A DNA stretch of 63,117 nt, counting the filler, from Conidiobolus incongruus B7586 (Eukaryota): the NCBI GenBank assembly GCA_000697335.1. It is 9 parts of 9 records of this genome, joined end to end, with 100 filler letters (N's around TTAATTAATTAA, not from the genome) between each part and the next. Parts side by side here need not be neighbours in the genome. Positions count along the whole stretch, not along the records: positions 7,163 to 16,649 come from JNEM01006404.1; positions 16,750 to 25,944 come from JNEM01006406.1; positions 26,045 to 36,050 come from JNEM01006408.1; 6 more parts are not named here. One strand, written 5' to 3'. The translations under genes and the position numbers were made by a program. Positions 13,156 through 26,866 of this stretch are shown here, piece by piece. The notes beneath the pieces are model-generated. The model saw only the letters and a program-made list of their open reading frames with translations. It was not told the DNA's origin and did not search any database. Numbering within the stretch: the stretch's first letter is position 1; the number at the start of each line of letters is the position of its first letter.

Positions 13156-15068
13156 TCACATTATAATCTTCAACTTCAATCGTAGATCTTTAGGCTTCAA
13201 AAGACCAAATGAATTTAATCTCAATGTATCATAATCTGGATTATTTCGATCTATACTGAATTCAAATTTTTGTAAGAGTAAACAAATGACTACACGTTGC
13301 TCCATAAGAGAAAAGGTGTTTCCAAGACCTAAAATTGCAATTAAATTATATTTTATAGAAAAATGGAATGTAATTTACAAGATCTGGCTCCATTTATGAA
13401 AGGGAGCCAACATTTATTCGCTTGCGAGTTGGATTCTTCAAATCTTTCAGGGATGAATTCTTCAGGGTCCGGGAATATGTCAGGATTGTGGTGATTCATC
13501 CAAAGATGGCACACTACAGGTGTCCCTTTGGGAATTGTGATGCCGTTGGATAGTGTCACGTCTTCCACTGCAACCCGACTGACTTGGTTTACAGTTGTCA
13601 TAATTCTCATTGATTCTTTAATTACCATGTCTAAATAAGACATTGATTTTATTTGATCTATTGTTGGTATAGTGAGAACAGTTGGCAAGTTTAGCGTAGA
13701 TAAGATTTCCTCTCTCAATTTCTTTTGGACTTCCTGATTAAATTAAAATGGTTATCAAATAAATCATTGATATAGGCTATAAACTGCAATTACCGGATAT
13801 TTTGATAAATAATAAAAGGTAGAGCTTAAGGTACTGCTAGTAGTTTCTTGGCCAGCTATCAAAATACTTTTTAAGTTTTCCTAAATCATTTTCAAATTAA
13901 TATTTTTCAATATATTTATATTAATAAATTACTCTGATTTCTTCATGAGTCAATTTTTCATTGCTTGTTTTACTAGCGAATATTAAGTCATCAAGCAAAT
14001 TCTGACGATTCTCGTTAATATCGTTAAATTGAAATTTTTCTTGTCTCTCTAAGATCCAACTATCTATCAATTGATTATAATTTTTAACTTTTTGAATGAA
14101 TTTTCGTCTCCCAATAACAGGCAAATTTTCCAATCTTCCAAATAGGATACACATCGGGCTCGAAAATAGTTCACTCATGATTTCTACATACATTTTGTAG
14201 AATTGGCAATTTGGATCTTTGATAGACTAAAGCAAAAATTCAATTTATTATATATAATTAAGAAAAGTAATTTACGTTGAAGTTCATATTGAAAATAGCT
14301 TTTCCAAGAATATCAATACTTAATCTATTATCATGGTTAAAATACTAATTTGATAATTTGAAAATAATTCAAGTTACTTTTGAATGTAATTGTGAACATC
14401 AACAGAATCTAAATTAGGTAAATTAGACCAAATATCAATCAATTCTTGACAGGTTTCGGCAAATATGGATGGTTTCCAGCTTTGACGAAATGTAGGATTG
14501 ACAAATTGTCTGACTTTCTTCCAAACCTGGTATATATTAATACTAATACTTTTTAATATAAATTTGATATACCTTGTTTTGACCCATTAAGACTGTGTGT
14601 CTACCAAAGAATTCGGATAAAGTATGACATTTAATTGTTTCAAAAAAATCTATTTTGTCAAATTTTTCTAAATAGTTTTAATAATTACAAAAGTTATAAA
14701 CTATATAGGTTTACCGTGTTCATTAAAAATTTCTCTTATTAACTCACTGTTAGAAATAAATACAAACCAACGATAAAAGAGAATCTATTAAAACATGGAC
14801 AAATAATGACTCATTTTAATATTGAAATATTTATATATATATATATATATATATATCCACTTACTCTAACAACTCCGTTATTTTTTTGTAAGTTGGGACC
14901 AATATATTGTCTAATTGATTCATTATAAGGCCGTCGACTGAAGCATATATAATAAAAATCTAAAATTGGAGTTCTCTCCAATTTTTTTAGTTCTTTTGGA
15001 ACTTTTATTAAATAATATGATTTATAAATAACAAATATTATTATTATAACTGATATAAATTGAATCAT
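13156..15068 (-). CDS. Cytochrome P450, 9 exons, tandem paralog of 8370-10253
   Basis: Same intron positions as the neighbour. MIQFISVIIII anchor, WKKVR, AGQETT, KESMR, PERF, FINGARSCLG; TGA at 13156-13158. Confidence 0.95.
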
Positions 15069-16649
15069 TTTTTAAATTTTTAAATTTAATTGAATTGAAA
15101 TTAATACCCCTTTTATATTTCATCAATATGTTAATCACTACCAAAATTGATTAAATTTAAAGGAATCTTTTATGATTTAGGAAAGATTAAATACAATGAT
15201 ACCCCTGATAGTCATTCAGTGGTTAAAGCGTCAATATTATTCACTATTTATATTAGTATTTGTTTATTTTTTTTAAATTAATTAAAAATTTATATTTTGA
15301 AATAAAATGTACAATGAACAAAAGAACTAATAGTAAATTACTTGATTTCAAATACTCAATGTAGTTACAGTTATATCAAAAATCCATTATTTTCTATTAT
15401 GACATTCAAAATATAATTTTTAGATCATATTCTTTAATTGAATAAATGAGCGAGAAATGATTAGATCCTTTGCTCTATGCATCTCAATCCAAAATTGGTT
15501 AATTCAGTTTTAAACTTTGTCTAACGTATTTAATGACGTAACTTAGTCAAATTGGTTATTACAATTTGATATAAGGAATCAGTATCACAAGTTTATATAA
15601 AATTAATAAATGGCTAAAATTAGCTTCATATTAAATAACAGGTCAAATAAATTTCAAATGAAAACAAAATTAGTGATGTATTTATAGTATCACAATTTAT
15701 TGAACAAAATACTCTAAGTTATTGCACAATTTACCAATCATATTTTGAACGGAAGTTGTAATAAAATTATTAGTAGTTAATTTATCCAATCTAGCCACAA
15801 ATTATATATTATCAAATATATTGACTTTTACAAGTAATAAGATAATTACATATATTTACAAAATATATAATGCGATATATATTTTCTTTCGGATTATCTT
15901 AATAATAACAATATTCAGCTGAATTAGAAATATATGAAAAATTATATTTATTATTCCAATATTAATAATATTGTATATATTTCCTATTAATTATTATTCA
16001 CTAAAAAATTGATCTCAATATTTTTTAAATAAAATATAATAATCATAATATAACAGCTTTGAATTTCAGTACTTATATTTTCTCTTAAATCTAAAACATT
16101 TAAATAAGATATTTAAATTCAAAATTTGATTTTTTAATAATGATATCAATCAGCATTTATATTTTAGTGATTAATGATCAAATTTCTCTGAATATCATTT
16201 TTTTTGATAAAATTCAAAACATTTGGATATATATTGTTTATTTATAACCATTATAAAATACTTTGTAATTAGTTAATAAAAAAACTATCAATAACATTAT
16301 TATTTATTTAGGATTTAAAGTTATTTTTTAATAATTTTTATAAGGTTTTAAAATATATTTTTATTTAAAATTTGCAAATTTAAGTTTAAAATATAAAAAA
16401 TAATATATATCACAAATATTAATATATTATCAAAAATCACTTTCATTAAAATACTATATTTTTATCTTTTAAATATTTATAAATTAAAAATTTTATATAG
16501 TTTCTTTTATTAATAAAAATTTTAGTAATTAACTTTCACAGATTAAAAATAATTTTATATTATATATTTCATTATATATAATTCAATATTTATGATATCA
16601 AATTTATTAAAATTAACACTGGAATATAATATATTAATAATTGAATAAT

Positions 16650-16749
16650 NNNNNNNNNNNNNNNNNNNNNNNNNNNNNNNNNNNNNNNNNNNNTTAATTA
16701 ATTAANNNNNNNNNNNNNNNNNNNNNNNNNNNNNNNNNNNNNNNNNNNN
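16650..16749. other. Assembly linker
   Basis: 44 N + TTAATTAATTAA + 44 N. Confidence 0.97.
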
Positions 16750-17357
16750 AATTAAAATATTAGATTAAATTAAATCAACCCCTTTTATAAATCCCTTTAA
16801 ATAAATATTATATTAATAAATAAATGTTAATTATTATAATAAACTATAATAATATATGCTACTCTTATTTAATTTTTAAAGGGAAATTAACTAATAATAA
16901 ACTTTATATTATTTTTTTAAATAAAGATATTTTTAATTAATATCCTTAATATAATTTAAAAAAACTTATTATTTTGCATTTTAATTATAAAATACATAAA
17001 TTTAAAGTTGTAAAAAACTTTCTAATTAAAAATAACTAGAAAAAACTACTACATCTAATATATTTTTTAGATTATAACCTATGTAATTATAATTGCTTTA
17101 AGTAATTAAAAAAAATAATTTATAAGAAAGAAAATTTCTATAGCAAAATTTAATTAGTTTATAAAACATCAAATTTTAATCTTTATTAAAAAACTATTTT
17201 TTAAGTGTTAAGAGTTTATTAAAAGTATGGTAAAAAGTTATTAATAATAAAAGAAACTATTGAATTTATATAATATGTTTATTTTTATATATCATATATC
17301 AAAATGTTTATTTATTTTTAATCACAAAAAATTCCCATTATTTAAAATACAGAGTAA
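16750..17357 (+). mobile_element. mariner copy, 3' half
   Basis: Reverse-complement match to 3728-4335. Ends with TIR ATTCCCATTATTTAAAATACAGAGTAA plus TA. Confidence 0.9.
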
Positions 17358-18814
17358 TATAATGCAACTTTTTTATAATTTCCTAATACTTTTGTCTTGA
17401 CTTACATATCGATGTTTTAATTACAAAAAAAATCAATACATTTAATCTTGTTTTAATGTTAATATCATTTGACATATGTATTATACTATCCAACATATAT
17501 GGGTGCATTCTATATAAAGAATATATGAATTAATACTTGTCACTAGTATATATTTTGAAAATCATATTTCAGGATTGGTGTTTACGCTGTTTCATAACTA
17601 ATTAACTGAAACTCCCGAAATTAGTTTTGACGTAAGATATCAATAGATTCATTATCAAACTTAATGAATATTTGATTAGAATTGAAAGAGCATTTTAAAG
17701 TATAAAATATAATTAGGTAATAATAATCTAAGACAATCAATATTAATATTCAAACTTCCTAATTATTTGTTTATATGAGTTAAATTAAAAAATACAATAA
17801 ATGCCACTTACCAATATAAAATCTTTTCAAATTTGGGAAAAAAACAGAATATCAAGTTAAATATATTAATTATAGTTTTTTTACTTTTGAAAAATAATTT
17901 TTATCCAAGATGCTATATCAAGTTTTGGAATTTCATTGAACAATACTTAATGAATCATAAAACTAATAGAACACAAACAAAAGAAATTTTAATTCAATTA
18001 AATTTGATGTGTTATAATAAAGTGTAACCAAATCTTTGGGTAACTATGTAATACTTAATTTAGCCAACTATCTTTAAAAAGTATAGTATAATTCTAGAAT
18101 TTGATTAAGGGACTGTCAATATATCATAATATTTGAAAGCTTCTAAATACTATGAATGTTAATACTTGGCCAAATCAAACAGTTTATTATCAATGAAAAT
18201 TATTTTTGTAATTGACAGAGGGATGAAATAACCTCTGACAAAATTGTTACTGAATTGATAATATAAACTCAGTATCAACTATAATAATTTAACAATATAA
18301 TTCTTTCAAAATTCAGATAAATATTCCTGGTTGTCATTGTATAAGTTTATTAATAAACCCATGTATATTTAAATATGATAAATTGATGACGTTGCCAAAT
18401 TTCTTAAATGGGGATTTTTGGCCAATTGATTTGCTTTTATAATCTGAATCGGAATAGGTTTTGACTTAGAGTTACTGGAGGTAAAATTGTCTTCAGATTT
18501 ATGGTCAATGAGTTTCTTTACTTTGGAATTAGAGCCAGGTTAATAATAGTTTTGGGCTGCTTGGACTTGATTTAAGAGGAGATGGTTTGATGAGATGTGA
18601 TTTGGTCTAAGAGCTGACTATATGTATGAAGGAATGATTGGTCACAGTAAAGATTGAATAATTATTAGGCTTTTTGCTTTTTCTGCCTTTTACTTTAATT
18701 TAGTTTGCTGTTTTCTTTTCCTTTGCACATATATTTGGCACAAGGGCTGAAATCGGTATTTAAAAGCATTACCATATTCTGATCTTGATTGGTAGTATTT
18801 TGGCTACGTTTCTT

Positions 18815-19490
18815 CTAGGCCTTCCTTTTGAGCTTCTTCTTTTGACCTTTATTCAATAGTGCCTGACTTGAATGGAATGATGTGAATTTTTTTGCGTTAA
18901 CATTTTCAACAACTATCTCACTCAGAAGTGTGTCAAATGTTTTAGTATTGTGAAGTTGTTGAACTTCTTGCTTCTTCAGCTCTCTATTCAATTCTTTCTT
19001 CTGATTTTTTATAGTTTTACCAACCGTATTCATAGATTGTGGTATCTCAATGCCATTCTCATATGTTGTTGTAGTGTTAGGTAGATCTATTGCTTCAATA
19101 ATAATATTGTCGTCACCTGAAGATTGTGAATTCTGATTAATATTGGATATCTGATAACAACGCTGAGTTTGAAATAAGTCATCCTTCTTAGTTGTATGGA
19201 AATTATCTAAATCTAATGATATCAGTAATATATTCAAATAATATTTTATTAACTAGATCACCTTCTTCACCAGCTTTATATAACACGGCATCCAAGTCAA
19301 CCATTTCAATGAAATCACCATCATAGTCACAAAAATCCAACTCATTATCCCAATCCTCTAACTGAACCAAGTGAAAATCTATACGATCATCTTTATTATC
19401 AATTTTTAGCTCTTTAAACTGTTGAACGAATTCAAACTCATCATTAGAGTCGTTATGATTTATTAAATAACCCAAAGCTTTAGATCTCAT
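18815..19490 (-). CDS. Hypothetical acidic/Lys-rich protein (~208 aa, 2 exons); may be a truncated pseudogene
   Basis: Two ORF-track frames join in frame through a 49-nt intron at 19261-19213 (GTGATC...TACTGAT...CATTAG). Coding-like sequence with stops continues to ~18370. No family recognised. Confidence 0.5.
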
Positions 19491-21812
19491 TTTCAAAGAA
19501 GATTGATGAAATGACGAAATCAATGCTATTTTTATCAAACCAGTCAAGATAATAATTTATATATAGTTCTAAAATTGACTAAATCATCATTATTTTCAAA
19601 GAATTATTAATTTAGAGTTTGGTTAGAAATTGTGATCATGATGTTACTTAAATTGGAAAATAAAATAAAATAAAGCATTTCTTATTTTCTGACAAAATGA
19701 TTCATTGACAGTTATAGAATATCCTCAAAAAACAAATGAACTAAATAATTATAAAGAGATCAATATCATTTATTACACTATTTTAATCATTGGTTATAAC
19801 TTTAATGAGTCGATATATAAAATGAATAAAATAATGATATCATCTATATAATTTTTTACATCATTGATGGAAATTAATTGCTATTAAAAAATCTTATAGG
19901 CTTTAATCAATTGTGATTATTTTAGATATCGAATGTTGAACTATTTAAGTTCATTGATATACTCGACTTGGAAAAAATCCAGTTATTAGAATCATTATTG
20001 CCTAATAATCTTATTAGTTACTTGAATATAGGATTTTTATACATAATTTATTTGAATAATATTTTTAATTATATACCCAAAAATAATCGATTATTGTAAT
20101 TATCATATATTGCACCATATTTTTACTATTTAAATGGTTCAAAATACCTTAAAATGATTTAAAATAACTGTTTTGAATGTTTGGATATTTAATTTAGATT
20201 TTGAATTTTGAATTATTTCCATAGCAAATTGATATTTATTATTACTATTGGGATCTCATCTTTTTTTTCTTTTACTGTGTTCTCAATATTATTAACTGGA
20301 ATATGCGCCAAATACACTCCCGCCTTGGTTTATATTTTTAAATGATTACATGGATATTTCTGACTTAGCAAATTGTGGTAATGGATTTAATTCCAGATAT
20401 TTGAATAAAATATAATATGAGTGATTTTCATCAAAAATATGAGTAATCAAGGATCAATAACTAGATAACTGAAGTTGTAGGAATGCAAATATATAGCTGT
20501 CACTTAATTAAAAATTAATTTTTATTGGTTAATCAATAAATTGTTATATTTTCAAATCTTGCCTTTACAAAAATGAAATTATAAGCATTTGTCACAAATT
20601 AGATAGATTCTCAAAACTTTCCCATTATTAGCAATAATATTAATCATCATTGAGATTTTATAAAAACATTCAAATAATAATCTAGGTAAAAGAATAATAA
20701 TTCAATTTTAAACAACAAATATCACAATATTAATATTAAATGTATAACTAAAATCAATTAAATATAGCTCTCATATTGGTTTAAAATTTTGATTTCAATA
20801 TTTTAATTTATTTCAATTTGGTTTTATAATTCTTTTCAGATACATTTTTATTTAATTTCAATAGATAGTATCTTTATATAGAATAAAACCTTTAATTAAA
20901 GAATTTTATGGTATTTCTGTCGGACAGCCGCTCTATTAAACTGTTGAATGTATATTGTAATCATTCCGTTATATTTAATCACAAGTAGCTTTACAATATT
21001 ATCACATGTAGATGCCCATATGACTTACGTAATCATATAAGCCTCAACAACCTTCACATATAATAATCTGATATCAACTCAAATAAGCGAGAAATCATCT
21101 ATACTCTTTTATATCAATAAGTTCATCATTCACTTATCCCATGTTATCTATTATCACAGTAATAAATAACAAAATATTTTAAATCTCGAATTAAAGTAAG
21201 ATTAAAGATAGAATTTAATCAAGGATATTAATTTATAATTGATTAAAATATAATTCAAAAACATGAAAAATTAAAATCATATTTTATGATAAGGCTTATT
21301 AAATTTTTTATATGAATTATGAATTGAATTTTATTCTGATTGAGATTAACTATTTTAATTTGAAAGATTTATGTATAATTGAATATATCTTAATAATAAT
21401 ATAAAAATGTATTAGAAATTATTTTATCGATATTTATTATTGGAAATATTAATGTATGAATAAGTATTGAAATTGATTATTATATATTGATATATATTTA
21501 TAATATAATTTAAAATATATTATAGAATATAGATAGTTAAAAATAATGAAATAAAAATAATTAATAGTGTCAAATTAACATTGATTAAAAGAATAATATT
21601 GAGAGTTAAAATAGAAAATGTATATAAGAAATTAATGTTAGTATTGTATTAAAAACAACGTTAAAGGATTATATATTGGTTTGTGTACAAAAAGAATGGA
21701 TTTAATAAAAACTAATAAATAATTTACTTTAAATTATCTACTGAAAAATACCAATTTAAGTTGTTGTTACAAAACTTAATCGTTAAATAGAGACTATTTC
21801 GAACATAGTCAA

Positions 21813-21896
21813 CCGACTATAGCTCAGTTGGTAGAGCGGGAGACTGTAGTTAAAGCTGTAATCTCTAGGTCACTGGTTCAATTCCGGTTGGTCGGA
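21813..21896 (+). tRNA. tRNA-Tyr(GTA) with an 11-nt intron (21850-21860)
   Basis: CCGACTA acceptor stem pairs with TGGTCGG; anticodon arm GGAGA CT GTA G[intron]A TCTCT; GTTCAATTC T-loop; oligo-T terminator follows. Confidence 0.96.
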
Positions 21897-22450
21897 TTTT
21901 TTTGATTACAATAATTTTTTGTCCCATAACTCTCAATTTTATAAATTTTCAATTTGATGTTTATATTTTTCAAAGTGGTACTATACTAATCAATTAAATT
22001 ACCCTGTCATACTAATGATATCATTTTTATTAATATATTAGAAATCATTCGATTTTATATATTCATAATTTAATCATCATTGATTATTTTGCAGAATACC
22101 ATATTAGTTGCATTCTTCCAAATATCTAACTAAATAAAAAACTCCCATCAGCTAAATTAACTAAATCCAAATATTTGAATTGAATCAATTTAACTCTAAA
22201 AATGTGACAATGACTCAATTAGAGTGATTTTATTGGTGCATTTGTTTAATGCTTTGGACTTGAATCATAACAATAGGAAAAAATATGACAGAAACAATTG
22301 GGATTTATACATATTTGATATTAGAGGTATTGTTTATCCTTGAATTGATTAAAAATATTTTTGGTTCATTTAATTAAATAATTAATTGATTAATTATATA
22401 TAATATTCTATTGATAATAATTGTTGAATTCGTAATTATACTGAATAATC

Positions 22451-23284
22451 ATGAGTTCTAGCGAGTCACCAGAGACACCAAGTTTCGAACAGCTACCTCT
22501 AACTCCGACGTTTTCGCCACCCCAATTGCATTCGGATTTGAGGACTGAAATCAGTCATGATATCCATATTGACCTGAACCAGCTGGAGAATATTCTATCA
22601 CATACGAAAACCCCAATGCTGAGTTGGACTCCTATGCAAGTAGGTAATTTCTTAATTAACTTGTGGAAGCTACCTCCATTTATGGCAAGAGATATTCAAT
22701 ACTTCTGTCTCGATACCAATTTGTCTGGCCAGAGGTTATTGGGACTGACAGATGAAGGTATAATTAATTTGGGATTTAACAACTTGTGGACTTCGCAACT
22801 GATGCTCAGTTTGGAATTAATATTTAAACACTTTCCCGATAAGTTACCCTTAAATAAATTGTGTAAAACCTTGCAGCCGAAGTACCAGTTGAGTTGGAAA
22901 AAGTCTCACAAGAAGAAGTTGAGTACATTGAAGAAATTGCAGAATGATTTGCCTACCCCCATTCAGCAGATCTTTGAGGGCGTTGAAAGCGAATTCCCTT
23001 GGAATCACAATAATGAGTTAGACGCATTTGACGAAGCTGAAGATGAGTTTTTGGAAGAGGAAAACCCAGTTTTAAAGCCTTTTGAAGAATTGGAATATTC
23101 GTTAGAGCGTCACTTTAAATTGACACAGATTTTAAAGCCTCTGAAATCTTTATCTAGATCAAATGGTGGTAAAGATGAACACTGGATACAATTGTTGGAT
23201 CAAGTGATCTATGAGTATTGGTGGGTTTGGCTAGGTTTAGGTAGTTATATTGGTTACAAAATATTCAAATCCACCTCTCATTAA
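22451..23284 (+). CDS. SAM (sterile alpha motif)-like domain protein with predicted C-terminal tail anchor
   Basis: 277-aa single-exon ORF. SWTPMQVGNFL...LSGQRLLGLTDEGIINLGF matches the SAM pattern; YWWVWLGLGSYIGY plus basic tail at the C-terminus. Confidence 0.8.
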   Translation: MSSSESPETPSFEQLPLTPTFSPPQLHSDLRTEISHDIHIDLNQLENILSHTKTPMLSWTPMQVGNFLINLWKLPPFMARDIQYFCLDTNLSGQRLLGLTDEGIINLGFNNLWTSQLMLSLELIFKHFPDKLPLNKLCKTLQPKYQLSWKKSHKKKLSTLKKLQNDLPTPIQQIFEGVESEFPWNHNNELDAFDEAEDEFLEEENPVLKPFEELEYSLERHFKLTQILKPLKSLSRSNGGKDEHWIQLLDQVIYEYWWVWLGLGSYIGYKIFKSTSH

Positions 23285-23500
23285 TTGAGACTGATATTTA
23301 AAATATTATATAAATTATTAAGATATATTATTCAAGTTATGAAATAAACGAATTTTTGTAAATAGAGTTCTTTTAAAATAATTATTAAATTCAGGTTGAA
23401 ATTTCTTATAATTATATTACAAATAAATCATTATTTTATTTGAAAAATTTAATATCAACATAAAATTCAATCACAATATTTACATTCATTACTAGTATTG

Positions 23501-23674
23501 TTAATACTTAAATATAATAAATATAGCGTGAATAATGCCAGGGATGTAACCCAAGAGAGTCAGTAAGATATTAATCAATAGATCGGTACCACATCCTCGT
23601 TCCAAAAGTACACCCAATGGAGGTAAGACGATAGCTCCAATTAATTTAATTACGTCAGATAATGTTACAGCCAT
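23501..23674 (-). CDS. PMP3: Plasma membrane proteolipid 3 (Pmp3/RCI2/UPF0057), 57 aa
   Basis: MAVTLSDVIKLIGAIVLPPLGVLLERGCGTDLLINILLTLLGYIPGIIHAIFIIFKY*. TATAAA ~50 nt upstream. Below the ORF-track length cutoff. Confidence 0.96.
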   Translation of the reverse strand: MAVTLSDVIKLIGAIVLPPLGVLLERGCGTDLLINILLTLLGYIPGIIHAIFIIFKY

Positions 23675-24779
23675 ATTTGATAGTTAATTGTAGTTATAAT
23701 TATACAGCGAAGAAATTGTATTTATACTAAAGGCTTGGATTTATGATGTCATAAATTCATCATCAAAATCTTTCGAAAGATTTTGAATTTTTTGAAATGC
23801 ATAATAATGATGTAATATATAATCATCAATTTTTGTTATTATTTACAAACTCGAAAAGTGATGAATTTAACACCTTTACAGCATTCAATAGTATAAATAT
23901 TTTCTTTTTTAATGTTTGATAAAATTGAACTAAATACTTAAATGACAAATTTTAATTGAATTAGTATGAACAATGAAAATGATTATTTATTGAATAAAAA
24001 TTAATTGATGATAAAGAATTTGAAATTATCTTTATAAATATTTCAATATTTACATAATATTCGCATTTTGTAAAACATAGCATAATTGTTAAGTTAATAT
24101 TGAATCATATTTATAGATACATCAATAAATATTACAATATTAAAGGATATCTACCTCAATTTATATGCAATTTATATTAAACTCCCTAATTTATTAATAG
24201 CAGTGATTATATAATTATGTCATATATAGCATTCATAAAATTATTTGTAAATAATTATAGTGCAATCAATGTAACACCCATTATTTTTCATAATTATAAT
24301 AGATACCAATAATAATATTTTAATAATCTAATTGGTTTTAATTATTTATTCATAAAATTAAAATTAAATAAATCCTTGGTTTTGTTATAAAAATAAACAG
24401 TATATAAAAATTACCTTAAAAGATCAATTATGATTAAATTTAATATTCAAAACGCATATTTAATTAGAACCATATAAAAATTAATAAAATGATATTTTGA
24501 ATTATAAATTTTTATTCGCTGATATCAACAAATTCAAATATTGACAGGTTAATAAAATTAATATAATGATAAACTAAATATGAATAATTAGTATTTTATA
24601 CAGATTATATTGAATATATATCTATTTATATATTTCATTTTTTATTTTATATATTATTTATTACATTATAAAAACAATATATATTTGTTTTAAATTGATT
24701 AAATAAAACTATTTTTAACCCAAAAAAAAATCTCAGAATAAATATAAAAACACCTCAAAATCACTTTTCATTTAAAAAG

Positions 24780-24900
24780 GAAAAAATATCAAATTTTTTG
24801 ATTTCTGATTTTTCAAATATATTGTTGATTTTAAAAAAATAAATTATATAAAAAATATATAGGAGAGTTAATATTTTCAAACTATATATATTCATTCAAA
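24780..24900. repeat. Dispersed AT-rich repeat also at ~6504-6620 and ~44720-44830
   Basis: Shared AAATTTTTTG(A/G)TTTCTGATTTTT...TTAATATTTT...TATATATA pattern, weaker at 44720. Confidence 0.5.
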
Positions 24901-25944
24901 ATTTATTTTTTATTTATATTTTTTTATTTAAAAATTTACTATTAAATTTAATTATACTAAAATTTAATAATATTTATTAAAAGTGATTTATTTAATTACT
25001 TTTAAAACTTAACTGTAAACTCTATAAATTATTCAAGATTAATAATTATATAAATATAATATTTCAATTAAAATTACCATTTATTATTTTTTTTTATTTA
25101 AAATTAAAAAAGGTATTATTCAAAATATATCAAAATTTAATAAATATATAATAGATTTATATTTAATCCAATATCATTTTATTTAATTTAATCTTTAACT
25201 ATAGAGATTAATATACCTTCAATTTACACCTATGTACTATTCTTATATATATATTAAATTTTATAATTACATAAGAATAGATAGCTTAAATATACTAAAT
25301 TATAAAGAAAATATATATTTTAACTTATTTTTATTTGATTCAACTTGAATAAACTTTATCTTAACAAAACGCTAATATATAATAATAACAACAGGTTTAA
25401 AAAAACTAATGAATCTATATTTAATAAGTAATATTAATTTATAAAAAATTCAAAACCTGATCTTGAACTACAATGTCCATTAAAGAAATTTATAACCAAG
25501 AAATTAAAAAAGTTTTTTTTAACTTAAAAAAATGCTAAAAAACACTTGTCTAAATGATATTAATAGAACAAATATATAGCTTTAATAATTAAAGAATTAT
25601 TATTTTTTTTAAAAATCATAAAAATTTATAATTATTCAATAAGAGCTTATTATAATAACTATTATATTTAAATTAAAATTAATCATTTAATTTTTTGTAA
25701 GGAATATAATATATTCATTTAAAAACCATAACCACCAATATTTAATATTATTTTTAATAAGTATCTTTTTAGTAATATTTATAATTTTAAAACTCAAATA
25801 ATAAAATTAAATTAGAAATATAACCAATAAATAGTTTTACTTATAAATTAATATTTATACTAATATAAAAGTGGTTTATATAGGTATTTATATAAAAATC
25901 CATTATTTTAAAACTATATTACTTATATAAAATAATAATAATAA

Positions 25945-26044
25945 NNNNNNNNNNNNNNNNNNNNNNNNNNNNNNNNNNNNNNNNNNNNTTAATTAATTAA
26001 NNNNNNNNNNNNNNNNNNNNNNNNNNNNNNNNNNNNNNNNNNNN
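25945..26044. other. Assembly linker
   Basis: 44 N + TTAATTAATTAA + 44 N. Confidence 0.97.
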
Positions 26045-26199
26045 AAAATTAATCATCTCTTCCAGTTTGATAGCTAAACCAATATTATTTCTATTTTAAG
26101 CTGGCTTTGTCAGTCTATAATTGAAGGATACTCTTTGTTCTCTTTATTTTCTTTATTAGATTTTATCCAAATCCCATATCATTCATTAATTCAATTATT

Positions 26200-26825
26200 T
26201 AAACCCAACAGTGATAAAGATAGAGAGGAAGTTTTTTTCTTTTGAATATTCTGCTACGACGCCTCAACAGTAAGTTTTCAAACCTACAGTCCCGATACGT
26301 TAAAGAGCAGGATTAATAAATAATTTACTAAATCATATTTTGAGTACTTTTCTAACTACCATCTTTATTTATAAAACTTAATATAAAACACAACAATATT
26401 TTATATATAATAATAATTAATGGGGATGTAATATTAATCATGTTTGAGAATAATTTGCCAATATACCGAAAATGCTCTTTAATATTGAATTTTAATACAT
26501 CATCAGAATTGTAGTTATCATCAATATTTTTTTTAATTTTTTGATATATGTATATATTATAGTGTGATATAAAACTATATTGACAGAATCTTTTTAGATA
26601 TGGAAAATATTTTAGTTTCAATATAGCATTGATAAAATATGACACCACTTAATTAACTAAGCTATACCCAAGCAACATTATAATATATCCACTATATCTA
26701 ATTCATAATATAACTCCCAATAAATTTAATAAATGCCAAATATTAAAAAAAATCTGGTATATATCATTCCACAAACAATTATCGAGATAAAATCGAAAAT
26801 TTTCAAAAACAATATTTAAGATCTA
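26200..26825 (-). pseudogene. Decayed membrane-protein gene, possibly an ABCC/MRP transmembrane-domain fragment
   Basis: Hydrophobic frame with stops. IYIYQKIKK, NMINITSPLIIIIY and, in a shifted frame, GLKTYC* loosely follow the ABCC order IYRK...WSAPLQIII...IKLYAW. Confidence 0.3.
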
Positions 26826-26832
26826 AATAATG

Positions 26833-26866
<34 letters not shown>

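Noticed and set aside
15210..15232. tRNA D-arm-like TCAGTGGTTAAAGCG
   Set aside because: No anticodon arm, T-arm or acceptor stem.
20295..20335. GGSVFGAY on the - strand, resembling a TLDc motif
   Set aside because: Immediately followed by stops; too short to support.
21018..21038. Near-palindrome ATATGA(C)TTACGTAATCATAT with a bZIP-like core
   Set aside because: Single short instance with no clearly linked gene; plausible by chance in AT-rich DNA.
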